The notes beneath the pieces were generated by a model. The model ran no database searches. It had not been told where the DNA came from and worked only from the letters and a program-made list of their open reading frames with translations. Positions 49,034 through 61,109 of a stretch of DNA of 64,000 nt are shown here, one piece after another. The DNA comes from Yuukianura sp. NJ FZ-2021 (lineage: Eukaryota), in NCBI GenBank assembly GCA_046563655.1, contig CM102285.1, positions 3,906,001 to 3,970,000 of the forward strand, written 5' to 3'. The first letter of the stretch is position 1. Each line of letters opens with the position of its first letter. The position numbers and the translations under genes were made by a program.

Positions 49034-51359
49034 ATGCCGCAAACAAAGACGGTGGAATATGCCATTCCTAGAATGAATGTTGGATACAGTTGGAGCTGCT
49101 ATACCTTTTACGTCTGTAAGAACGATGAAGACTTCTACCACGTAGTCAGACGACCTACAACAGTCGGTGTTAAAGTTAGAGCGGTTGTGTGTTTGGCTAT
49201 TAACACTGCATGGATAGGATTCTGCTCTGCATTTGGACTACCATATACGAATAACCCACAAGTACTCATGTTCCTTCTTGGAATTATGACAACAGAAGCA
49301 CTTTTGGCCGGCTACCAAATTTGGTATATCATATACATGGACGACATTCCTGGTCTCCTCTCCGCTTTTCTACAGTTTGATAGCTCGCACGGTAAACTTC
49401 GGACGTTGGGATTTCGGTAACTTGATAAGATGAGTTTTCTTATATATTATTTATTGTTACAGGTGATAATCGCAATGCTGTGGACAAAACGAAAATTGGA
49501 ATGCGTACGATGGCATATATTTTAACTGCGGTTCATTATTTCCTAACGCCTGTAATACTAGCATTCCTGTACTTGACTGAAAGTGATCTTTCAAGAGTTC
49601 CATTTTGGATTTCTGAAAACATTGTAGGAAAGGAAACAATATGCGACATAAGTGCAACTTATGTCTTGTACCATCTGAGCTTTCTGACTATTGTCATCAT
49701 AAGCTGCATTTCATTTCTTCATGGATGCTACTGCATGTACTTAATGGTTTTCTTTGCGCTGGCGAACCCTAACATCACTCGAATGGAAATGGAACAGTTA
49801 TGGTAAAATTAATTATGATGGTGAACAAAGACTAAATTAACCTCTTCAACCCTAACTACGACTTACATTTTTTTATTGAATGCTCAGGAGACGGACTGCA
49901 ACTCTTGTCGTACTTTTAGTATATTTGTTGTAAAAACCACTTGAACGACGAGAAACACGTTTTTATTCAATTGCATTGTAACTGTTACTGTTACATGTTT
50001 CCTAGTGATTTTACCAAGCTACTAAACAAAAAGTCACAGCGCAATGCTATAATAGTCTCACGAGCACTTAATTTTGTTTTGCAAAAGTATATTACTGGAG
50101 TGGCTAGCCCTAGCAACCAGTGTTGGTGGATGCATAAATTATTTCTTCCACTCCCCTCGAAAGTGATGGATATATCCGGATTTTTTGGGTTTCTTCCGAA
50201 CGAAACTCAATTTCATCCATCGGAAACAGTACTTCATTCGGATTTATCCATTTATCCAGTGGATATATCCTGGACGAAATGCTAAAAAGGTGGATATCCA
50301 CCAACACTGCTAGCAACCTAGCAAAAAGACGAAATTCGCGCGCAAGGTTGGTTGAGGTAAAGATGACTCAAAATCGACAATTTGCGAATGAGTTGCATTG
50401 AATTCTTGTTATAAGCGCAAAACTTGTATATTTCATTTTCCAATCCTAAAACCAATCTAAACTACCAGTCCGACGATTCGTTACACTTGGTGATTACAAA
50501 GGAGAAAATTACTTTGTACACCGCCGAACTTCCAATAAAAGGAAAACGTTGTCGGGAGAAGTGTTAAAAACAATTTTCCCTACTAAAAACTTTCGCAAAA
50601 AAAATGAAACGACTCGCGAAACTACTATTAAAGTGCATTTGCCTTTTCGTTTAAAAATAAATTATAAAAACTTGTTTTGTCATCCAGGGACAGAAAAACG
50701 TTTTTAATTCAGGGTCGAAAGGTATATTTTAAGTATTTGAGATTAAGGTATTGAAGAGGGTTAATTCTTTAAGAGTTATTTTATATTTTTATTTTTTATT
50801 TTTTTACAGAGTTATTTTATATTCGCCATCAAAAAGTCACATATTAGTTTTCTGTTGCAATTTCAGTAAGGACCTTATAAACTCCACAACATGGGATGCT
50901 ATTCAGCAAGTACATAAGAGATACAACGCCCAACAAGTCTACAGCAGGTGGATAAACAACGTATTTTCCTTTCTAACAGAATTTTCAATTTATGGTGGGG
51001 CAATTATGCTAACGGTTTGTATTTATGGGATATTGAAACTAATGGAGTATGAGCTACATTCTGTTGCATTGTTAATAGTTATTGTCATTGTCATTATAAT
51101 AGTTGCCACATATAACTTGAAAACAGCAATTGGACTATGTGTAGCGTATTACCAACAGTCAACGGAATGTTGTAGAATTGGCATGAAAAAGAAAGTTGTA
51201 GGAAATTGGGGAATTTATAACCGAAGATTTTGGCTATCAAAAAGACCGGTAACACTCACAGTGGGTTCACATTTTTCACTAACTCATACCAATTATATTC
51301 TTCGATTATTTGGCCAAATAGTTGTAGAAAATGCAATTTACCTTATCCTAACCTTTTGA
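49034..51359 (+). CDS. GR/OR-like multi-TM chemoreceptor, copy B, 3 exons, 396 aa
   Basis: Exons 49034-49391, 49463-49802 and 50867-51359 total 1191 nt, in frame. C-terminus FWLSKRPVTLTVGSHFSLTHTNYILRLFGQIVVENAIYLILTF. Confidence 0.8.
50118..50309. mobile_element. hAT-type MITE (192 bp) in intron 2 of receptor copy B
   Basis: 14-bp TIR CAGTGTTGGTGGAT. 8-bp TSD CTAGCAAC at 50110-50117 and 50310-50317. Internal TGGATA/TATCCA repeats. Confidence 0.9.
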
Positions 51360-52133
51360 AACTTCGGATTAAGAAGCTTAAATGTTAGTAAGTAATTTAA
51401 TTATGTTACACTGCCATTACGTTCAGAACTTACTTTTACGGAAGGAACATGTTTAAATAATGTTATGAGTTATATAAAATAATTTAAGTAGCGTCTTTAA
51501 ATTTGTATTTACTTAAGATAAGCGCTGTTAAACTGTTGCTTATCGAAAACATAATCCCAAAAACAGTTTTATTGCATGGATTTTGAAAAGCAATTTTTGT
51601 GTTTATGGTGTAGTTCCTGAATATTTTATTAATAATCAGGAAAACTAGTTGATGCCTGGACCTTGTTTCTCTGTCTGTCTGTCTTGCAGTGGAAGTGATT
51701 ATCTCCAAAATGGCGTAGCATTTCCGTGATCTATTTTACTAATTATGTCCCAAGTAATTTCTTTCCGAGTCAAAGGTAAAGTTCTCATTTTATCGTTCAC
51801 AACCATAGTGCGTTAAAGTTTACCATGGTGTACATGCGTGTACATCCGTATGTGAGTGCAACGGCATCTTTCTCTACTTACGTACACCGGTTTACAACAA
51901 TCTTTTTTTTTTATAACTAATAGCTTGGCTCATTATTCTCCAGACTACTCGTAAAATTTTCCAGGTCGTAAAGTATAAAATTTATTTTTTGAAAACAGGC
52001 CAATTACAGTAAAATGTTGGAAACGGGTGGCAATTTAAGAAAAAAAATCGCATAAAAAGTTTTTAGTTTTTTCTAAAGTTCATTTTAAAATTCAGCAAAA
52101 GCTAAACCAGTTGCTTACAATAGAAGCTACAAG

Positions 52134-53699
52134 ATGCCACAAACCAAGACTGTGAAATACGCCATTCCTCCATTGCATGTTGGGTATAGTTGGGGCTGTT
52201 ATAATTTTGACGTCTGTAGAAATGATGAATTATACTACGTAGTCAGACGACGTACAACAATCGGAGTTAGGGTTAGAGCGGTTGTATCTTTGGCTATTAA
52301 CACTGCTATGTTAGTATTCTGCTCTGCATTTGGACTACCACATGCAAATAAGCCACAAGTACTTATGTTCATCCTTGGGTTTATGACATCAGAAGCACTT
52401 TTGGCCGGCTACCAAATTTGGTATATCATTTACATGGAAGAAGTTCCTGGTCTCCTCTCCGAACTTTTGCAGTTTGATCGCTTGCATGGTAAAGTTCGGA
52501 AGTACTTCAATATAAACATTTTGTAAACTTAAGTAACATGAGTTTTCTCGTATATTATTTGCCATTACAGGTAAAGATCCCAATGCTGTAGACAAAACGA
52601 AAATCGGAATGCGTACGATGGCATATATTTTGACTTCGATTCATTATTGTCTAATACCTGAAGTACTAGCCTTCCTGTACTTTACTGAAAGTGATCTTTC
52701 AAAAGTTCCATTTTGGATTTACGGAAATATTACAGGAAAGGAAAAAATATACGAAATAAGTGGAACAATTTCTACTTATGTCCTGCACCATCTGATCTTC
52801 CTGACTATTATCATCATAGCCTGCATTTCATTTCTGCATGGATGCTACTGTATGTATTTGTTGGTCATCTTTTCATTGGCACAGCCTAACATTACCCAAA
52901 TGGAAATGGAACAGTTACGGTAAAGTTTATTATGATCAAAATTTTTAATGTATAATTATGAACAAAAATAGCTTAACATCTTCCCTTCACATATAGCAAT
53001 AAATACTTTGTTTTCTAGTGGCCTTTACTATAAAATTGATAAACAAAAATTATTTTGTCAACCCGAAAGAGAGGCCGGTTTTAATTCAGGGCTCCAAAGG
53101 TTGCACTAACTATTTGAGATTAAGCTTATTAAAGACTTTCATTCTTGAAGGTTTAGTTTTAATGTCGCCATCAAAATGTCACATTATTTTTCTATTCCAA
53201 TTTCAGTAAGGACCTCATAAACTCCACAACATGGGACAACATTCAGCAAGTACATAAGAGATACAACGCCCAACAAGTCTACAGCAGGTGGATAAACAAC
53301 GTATTTTCCTTTGTAACAGAATTTTCAATTTATGGAGGGGCAATTATGCTAACGGTTTGTATTTATGGAATACTGAAACTAGCGGAGTATCAGCTACATT
53401 CTGTTGCATTGTTGATAGTCATTGTCATTATCATTATAATAATTGCGACATATAACCTAAAAACAGCAATTGGACTATGTGTTGCGTACCACCAACTTTC
53501 TACGGAATGTTGTAGAATTGGTCTAAGAAAGAAAGTTGAAGGAAATTGGGGAGTTTATAACACAAAATTTTGGATATCAAAAAGACCAATAACACTCACA
53601 GTGGGGACAAATTTTTCACTAACCCAGAGAAATTATATCCTTCGACTATTTGGTGAAATCGTTGTAGAAAATGCAATTTCCCTTATTCTAACTTTTTAA
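52134..53699 (+). CDS. GR/OR-like multi-TM chemoreceptor, copy C, 3 exons
   Basis: Same exon structure and intron phases as copy B, with high similarity to B. Confidence 0.8.
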
Positions 53700-55250
53700 A
53701 ACTTCTAACTACTTTGCTATTAACTTAAATACTTTAGGTATTTAAATATGTTACGCCACTCTTACGTTCAGACCACCACCACCATTAGTATTCTATTTAC
53801 CTTGTACTACCACAAATAAACTATAACTTTGGGCTAAAGGTAGTGTAATTGGATTTTCACGTCCGTCCTCACAAAAAGGGAAATCAACAAACTGAAGAGT
53901 TTGTTGATTTTAGAGATTGTGAATGGTGATGACTGATGAGCCCCAAATTCAAAGAAAACCATCTCTACTGTGTAGCTTAGCAATTTACGATACGTACTAT
54001 ACGAGATTGTAGTTTTTTTATTTCTAATTTTGTGTCTCAGAAATCGTCTACCCAAACTTAACAAAACGTAGGGTATAGTGAAACATTGCAGTTGAGCGCA
54101 ACAATCCATATTATACGTGTAATACATTATTTAGTGTGAAATTTTTAACTCTTGTGTGATTCCAAGGCAACATATGCTGCTCCACAGTATTTTTGCTACT
54201 CCGCTGTAAAGCTTAGAAAAAAACTGTGTATTTAAAAAATTTTTGCTTTTGCCTTGATACTTTTTTAGAAAACTGACTATTTTAGAAAATTGACGTCGTT
54301 TATTCTCGAAGCGATACTCCAGTTCAGCTCAATAATGTCATCACCAAATTGTCTTTACATTTTTATTTATTTAGAATAAGCGCTGTTAGACTCATGCTTA
54401 TCGAAAACATAATCGCCAAAACCAATTTTGTTGGATTTTCAAAAGCAATTTTTGTGTCTGCCGTGTAGTTCCATGCATATTTCATTATTAAGCAGCGAAA
54501 ACTTCTTTATGCATGGACATAGTGTGTCGGTCTGCCTGTCTTTCCGGTCACTGGAGGCGATTATCACTATTGAATATCACGGCAACGCAGAAATTGACTT
54601 TTTTCAAAAGTTGTACATCTCATTGTGAAGAGCAAGTCTGGCATATAAACCATTAGGTTACCATTGGTTTATGACCTTGTGGAATGCATAAAATTATTTC
54701 CAAATGCCAACATTCTAACCTACACAGTACGTATGGTTATGGCAAGTCATCGACTTAATGCTCCTATAGGGCAAGATGACTACTGGCAACTGAAAATGAA
54801 AAACAACGGTTCCTACTCCTTGAATGAGCACAGAAAATGAGGTACTCGCCGCTCATCGAGTCACACAAGTTTTGCCTATATCAGTTGATCCCGAGTCACC
54901 CCCTTTCGGGTCAACGGTCAAGTTTTTTCAAGTTAACGTATATAGCCATAGTGCGTTAAAAAGTTCGCCAAGCTTTATAAGCGTGACCAACCGTTTTGCC
55001 ATCCTTCGCTACTTACGTACACCGGTTTACAACCGTTTATTTGTTAAAACTGATAGGTATGCTTTTTGCCCCAGGTTACCTACCCGTGATCTCGTGAATT
55101 TTACATTTATTGTTTGAATAAGGTCAATTACGGCAAAATGTTGGAATTGGGTATCAATTTTAAGAAATGCGACGCACATGAAGTTTTTTTAGTTCACTTT
55201 AAAACTCTTAAAAAAAAGTAGACTAGTTGTTAAAAATAGAAGCTACAACG

Positions 55251-56652
55251 ATGTCGCAAACAAAAACGGTGGAATATGCAATTCCTCCATTGAATGTTGG
55301 ATACAGTTGGAGCTGTTATAATTTTTACGTCTGCAAAAACGATAAGGAATTCTACTACGTAGTCAAACGACCTACAACTATTGGTGTTAAGGTTAGAGCG
55401 GTTGTCTCTTTGGCAATTAACACTGTTGTGCTACTATTCTGCTCTGGATGTGGACTGCCATATGCGAGTAACCCACAAGTACTGATGTTCCTCATTGGAT
55501 TTATGACAACAGAAGCACTTCTGGCCGGCTACCAAATTTGGTATATCATTTACATGGACGATATTCCTGGTCTCCTTTCAGCACTTCTGCAGTTTGATCG
55601 CTTGCATGGTAAAGTTCGGAAGTACTTCAATATAAACATTTTGTAAACTTAGTAGCATGAATTTTCTCGTACATTGTTTGCCCTTGCAGGTGAGGATCCC
55701 AATGCTCTGGACAAAACGAAAATTGGAATGCGTACGATGGCATTTTTTTTAACTTCGGTTCATTATTTCCTAACGCCTGTTTTACTAATTTTCATGTACT
55801 TTACCGAGAATGAGTTTTCAACAATTCCATTCTGGCTTTACGGAAACATTGCCGGAAAAGAACCACTATACGAAATAAGTGAAACAATGTCTACTTATGT
55901 CGTGTACCATCTCATCTTCCTGACTATTGTCATCATAGGCTGCATTTCATTCCTGCATGGATGCTACTGTTTGTACTTGATGGTACTCTTTGCGTTGGTA
56001 CACCCTAACACTACACAGATGGAAATGGAGCGCCTATGGTAAAATAAATTGGTGAACTAAACTATTTCAGGTTAAACTATTAACGACGACGGCTAATTCT
56101 GGAGGATCTCATTTCAAATTCATTTTCAAATGTTTTCATAAGTTTTCTATTCCATTTTTTAGCATGGACCTTAGAAACTTCACAACATGGGACAGAATTC
56201 AGCAAGTCCATAAGAGATACAACGCCCAACAAGTCTACATAAGGTGGATTAGCACCGTGTTTTTCTCGGCAGTAGAATTCTCAATTTATGGAGGCGCAGT
56301 TATGCTAACCGTTTGTATTTATGGAATACTCAAACTAACGCAATATCAGCTACATTCTGTTGCATTGTTACTAGTCCTTGTGATTGTCATTATAATAATT
56401 GCTACATATAACCTAAAAACAGCAATTGGACTATGTGTTGCGTACCACCAACAGTCTACGGAATGTTGCAAAATTGGCATAAAAAAGGAAGTAGTGGCAA
56501 ATTGGGGAATTTATAATAGAAAATTTTGGATGTCAAAAAGACCAATAACTGCCAGGGTGGGGACACATTTTGCACTAACTCAGAACAATTATATCCTACA
56601 ACTATTTGGTGCAATAGTTGACCATGCAATTCACCTTATCCTTACTTTTTAA
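55251..56652 (+). CDS. GR/OR-like multi-TM chemoreceptor, copy D, 3 exons
   Basis: MSQTKTVEYAIPPLNVGYSW...AIHLILTF, with conserved intron positions. Confidence 0.8.
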
Positions 56653-58208
56653 AACTTAGAATTAATCTTATATTAGCCTAAATCTTTTTAAGTCGTGCAC
56701 CTACACTTAAGGTTCAACTATCTGCACAACCGCTCCATAGATTAAATGAATACATCTCAATGATTGGGCTAACCGTATGGACAAGTGAAGCTTTGATTTA
56801 AATTTACCGATTTTTGAAAGCTTTGCTGCATACGACTCGACGTTTTAGGTTAAATAATTCTTTCAACTTCCTTTCATTTGCCCTTTCAATTTTTTGTCTT
56901 TCCATATTTAGCCATCCCTGAAAGTGAAAAACCAAGTGAACCAAGTGTTTCTGTTTCATTTTGATATTTGTAATAATACGCGCTTTAAAAAAATAATCAG
57001 CTTTTAGATTAAATGAGCAAATTGGATTTACAATTTGCTCACTTCAACTGAAATCTTTACAATTTGTAAAGCCAAATTTCGAAAGTGGCTACTTATTCAA
57101 GAATAATTGCTGGAAGCTGTTATAGTAGTTTACACTTTTAGAATTTAGCAAGTTAATACACAGAGTTAACTGCCTTGCCAAATGGTTCTAATTTGTTTTA
57201 AATCACCCGGTAAATTTTAAATTTTGAATTAAAATGCAATCAAATGAAATTAAAGGAAAGTTTTAAATGAAGTTTCTTCTGTTGTCCTTTGAAGTCATTT
57301 AGGAACCTTTTCAGGAAGTCGTCGAAGATTAGCCACTCCTCTAATTTTAAATTTTAAAAGTTTCCACAAGCCACATTGTTCACTAAAAAGCCGAAATAAA
57401 TCAAGAAGGAAATTAATTGTCCATGTTAGACTCAAGCTTATCGAAAACATAATCGCCAAGAATAGTTTCATTGGATTTTCAAAAAGCAATTTTGTGTTTC
57501 CGGTAAAGTTACTGAATAGTTCATTAATAAGCAGGAAAAATACTTAATGCATGAACCTAGTGTGTCTGTCCGCCTGTCTTGCCGGCCGTTGGAGGCAATT
57601 ATCTCGCAGACGGCATAGCATTCCCGTGATCTGTTTTACTAGTTGATACCGGTTGACTCGGGAATTTTGACTATTAAATATCACGGTAACGTAGAAAACG
57701 ACTTCTTCTTCTTCAAACGTTGTACATCTCTTTGAGGGGAGCAACTCTGACGTATAAGCCATTGGTTTATGACCTTGGGAAAGCGACAAAATGCCTCAAA
57801 TGTCAACATTCTAACCTACACAACACGTATGGTTATGGCAAGCCATCGACTTAATGCTCCTATATGACAAGATGGCTACTGGCAACTGAAAATTTAGAGA
57901 ACGGTCTCTACTCTCTATTGGATCGGTCTGGGACAGAAATTGCGGTACCCGAGTCACACAAGTTTTGTGTACATCAATTCACCCCGAACGTACGTCCTTC
58001 CGGGTGAATGTTTGAATTCTTCCAAGTTACCCTTTATAACCGTAGTACGTTAAGAAAGTTCGCCAGGCTTTACCGGCGTGAGCAGCCAATGTTAAGTTTC
58101 GCTACTTACGTACACCGGTTTACAACAGTTTATTTGTTAAAATGAATAGGTCGGCTTTATGGCCCAGGTTACCCGTGATGTCCTGAATTTTACATTTATT
58201 GTTTGAAT

Positions 58209-59087
58209 CGTAGCAGGTCATAAGGGCCAAACCAAAAATGGCCAACCCAATAAGCGCCAGTCAAAAAAAGGAACGAAAATAATGGCCAAACCAAAAAGGG
58301 CCAAACCAATAAGGGCTACCAACAATAAAAGGCAACCAAAATAAGGGCCAATCCAGGGTAAAGTTTCGGAATTGGGGCTCAGCCCAGATTTGGACGCCAT
58401 GTTTTTCCAGCTAATTTGAAAGTGCTGAAACCGATTATGAAAGAATTTTCACCGGAAATCAACATTTCAATTTTTTTTTTCCAAATTTTGGGGACAAAAT
58501 TGTATTTTTTTGTCTCCGACTTAGCTCAAAATCGGTATATAGACTAATTGAGCGGTACCAACTCTCTGCGGAGTTTCGTGAACATTATTTTGATGCAGTT
58601 ATACCAACGCTGTTCGTTAATAGTGCATTGCCATGGCAACATCGACAATACACTATGTGCATCTTGCTCAACAAATTTAGAGCATCAACACCAGGCCAAC
58701 TAAACAAAAAGACACACGCGCTTTCTAAGGTAAGTCTAACAAGATTCTGAGCCACGTTTTGGAGCATTAATTCCATGAAAAGTGTTTCTCAGTTGCCCCA
58801 TATTATTGCGGCAAGCCGGTTTAAGTCACATCAATTGTCAAGTCCCTTCAGAAGACCTGTGCTAAACCCTTGAGCACTGCCCTACCTTCTTTTTCAAAAT
58901 TTCGAAAGAAGATTTATCCTGGTTTGTCTTTGGGCCTTATTAAAAATACCTCTTATTGGATTGGCTATTTTTGGATTGACCCTTATTTTTTCAGCCCTTG
59001 TTGGTTTGGCCATTCTTGTTGCCCTTTTTGACTGGGCTTTATTGGATTGGCCCTTTCCGAATTGGCCCTTATGACTGACCTGGAACC
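58209..59087. mobile_element. Non-autonomous DNA transposon (879 bp) inserted upstream of receptor copy E
   Basis: TSD GTTTGAAT at 58201-58208 and 59088-59095. Ends CGTAGCAGGTCATAAGGGCCAA / TTGGCCCTTATGACTGACCTGGAACC. Subterminal AAGGGCCAAACCAA arrays. The empty site is visible upstream of copy D (~55112-55119). Confidence 0.9.
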
Positions 59088-59215
59088 GTTTGAATAAGGT
59101 TAATTACAGTAAAATATTGTAGCAATTTTAAAAAATGACGCACATGAAGTTTTTTTTAAATCACTTCAAAACTCTGCAAAAAGTAGACTAGTTGTTGACA
59201 ATAGAAGCTACAACG

Positions 59216-60605
59216 ATGTCGCAAACAAAGACAGTGGAATATGCCATTCCTCCATTGAATGTTGGATACAATTGGAGCTGTTATAATTTTTACGTCTGTA
59301 AAAAACATAAACAATTCTACTACGTAGTAAGACGACCTACAACAATCGGAGTTAAAGTTAGAGCGTTCGTATCTTTGGCAATGAACACCGCCGTGCTAGT
59401 ATTCTGGTCTGCATTTGGAGTGCCATATGCGAATCACCCACACGTACTAATGTTCCTCATTGGGTTTATAACATCAGAAGCAATTTTAGCCGGCTACCAA
59501 ATTTGGTATATCATTTACATGGACGAACTTCCTGGTCTTCTTTTCGCACTTCTGCAGTTTGATCGCTTGCATGGTAAAGTTCGGAAGTATACTTAAGGTT
59601 AAATGATGGAAATATTTCATAAGCTTAATACCATCAGTTTTGTCGTCTATTATTTGCCCTTACAGGTGTTGATCCCAATAATGCTGTGGACAAAACGAAA
59701 ACTGGAATGTGTATGATGGCATATATTTTAGCTTTGCTTCATTATTTCCTAATGCCTGCAGTACTAATCTTTCTGTACTTGACTGAGAATGATTTTTCAA
59801 AAGTTCCATTTTGGATTTACCAAAACATTGCAGGAATATACGAAATAAGTGGAACAATTTCTACTTATGTCCTGTACCATCTTGGATTCCTGATTATTGT
59901 CATCATATCATGCATTTCATTTCTGCATGGATGCTACTGTATGTATTTGATGGTCCTCTTTGCGTTGGTATACCCTAACACTACCCAAATGGAAATGGAA
60001 CGTTTGTGGTAAAATTAATTATAATTGGGAACTGTATGGTAGACGGTTAATTATGGAGTATGTCTTTTCAAATTCACCTTCAAAAGTCACATAAGTTTTC
60101 TCTTCCATTTTTCAGCAAGGACCTTAGAAACTTCACAACATGGGACAGAATTCAGCAAGTCCATAAGAGATACAACGCCCAACAAGTCTACATGAGGTGG
60201 ATAAGCACCGTGTTTTTCTCGGCAGTAGAATTCTCAATTTATGGAGGCGCAGTTATGCTAACCGTTTGTATTTATGGAATACTCAAACTAACGCAATATC
60301 AGCTACATTCTGTTGCATTGTTACTAGTCCTTGTGATTGTCATTATAATAATTGCTACATATAACCTAAAAACAGCAATTGGACTATGTGTTGCGTACCA
60401 CCAACAGTCTACGGAATGTTGCAAAATTGGCATAAAAAAGGAAGTAGTGGCAAATTGGGGAATTTATAATAGAAAATTTTGGATGTCAAAAACGCCAATA
60501 ACTGCCAGTGTGGGGACACATTTTGCACTAACTCAGAACAATTATATCTTGCAACTATTTGGTGCAATAGTTGACAACGCAATTCACCTTATCCTTACTT
60601 TTTAA
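59216..60605 (+). CDS. GR/OR-like multi-TM chemoreceptor, copy E, 3 exons
   Basis: Same structure as the other copies. Exon 3 is nearly identical to that of copy D. Confidence 0.8.
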
Positions 60606-61109
60606 AACTTAGAATTAATCTTATATTAGCCTAAATACTTCATGTACCTACACTAAAGGTTCAACCATCTGCACAATACCGCTCCATAAATTATATGAAT
60701 ACATCTCAATAATTGCGCCAACCATGTGGACAAGTGAAGCTTTGATTTTTTAGCGTTTTTGCTAGCTTACTGCATAGTACGTCGCGACGGTTATTTTTAT
60801 TCTACTATTTATTATTAAATTATTTATTATTTATAATTATTTATTATACTATTCATTATTAAAGTACAGTTTCTCTTCAAAAGTTTTAGCAGTGCACATA
60901 GTCCGTATAAGTCGTATAATCTATTTGTGTACATATGTGGCATAATACCGTATTTTTTATGATGCCCCAATGTCAAATACATTGCTTATCTACGTATTAT
61001 ACGTATATAATACGTACAGTTATACGTTTAATACGGTAATAGTATCCGAAAAATACGGTATTTTACGCGCCCTGAAAGTTAGTATCAGTTTCAGTTTCCA
61101 ATTGAAATT

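Noticed and set aside
58218..58776. Hydrophobic minus-strand ORFs 58218-58400 and 58585-58776
   Set aside because: They lie inside the 879-bp non-autonomous element, and the first is just a translation of its subterminal repeats.
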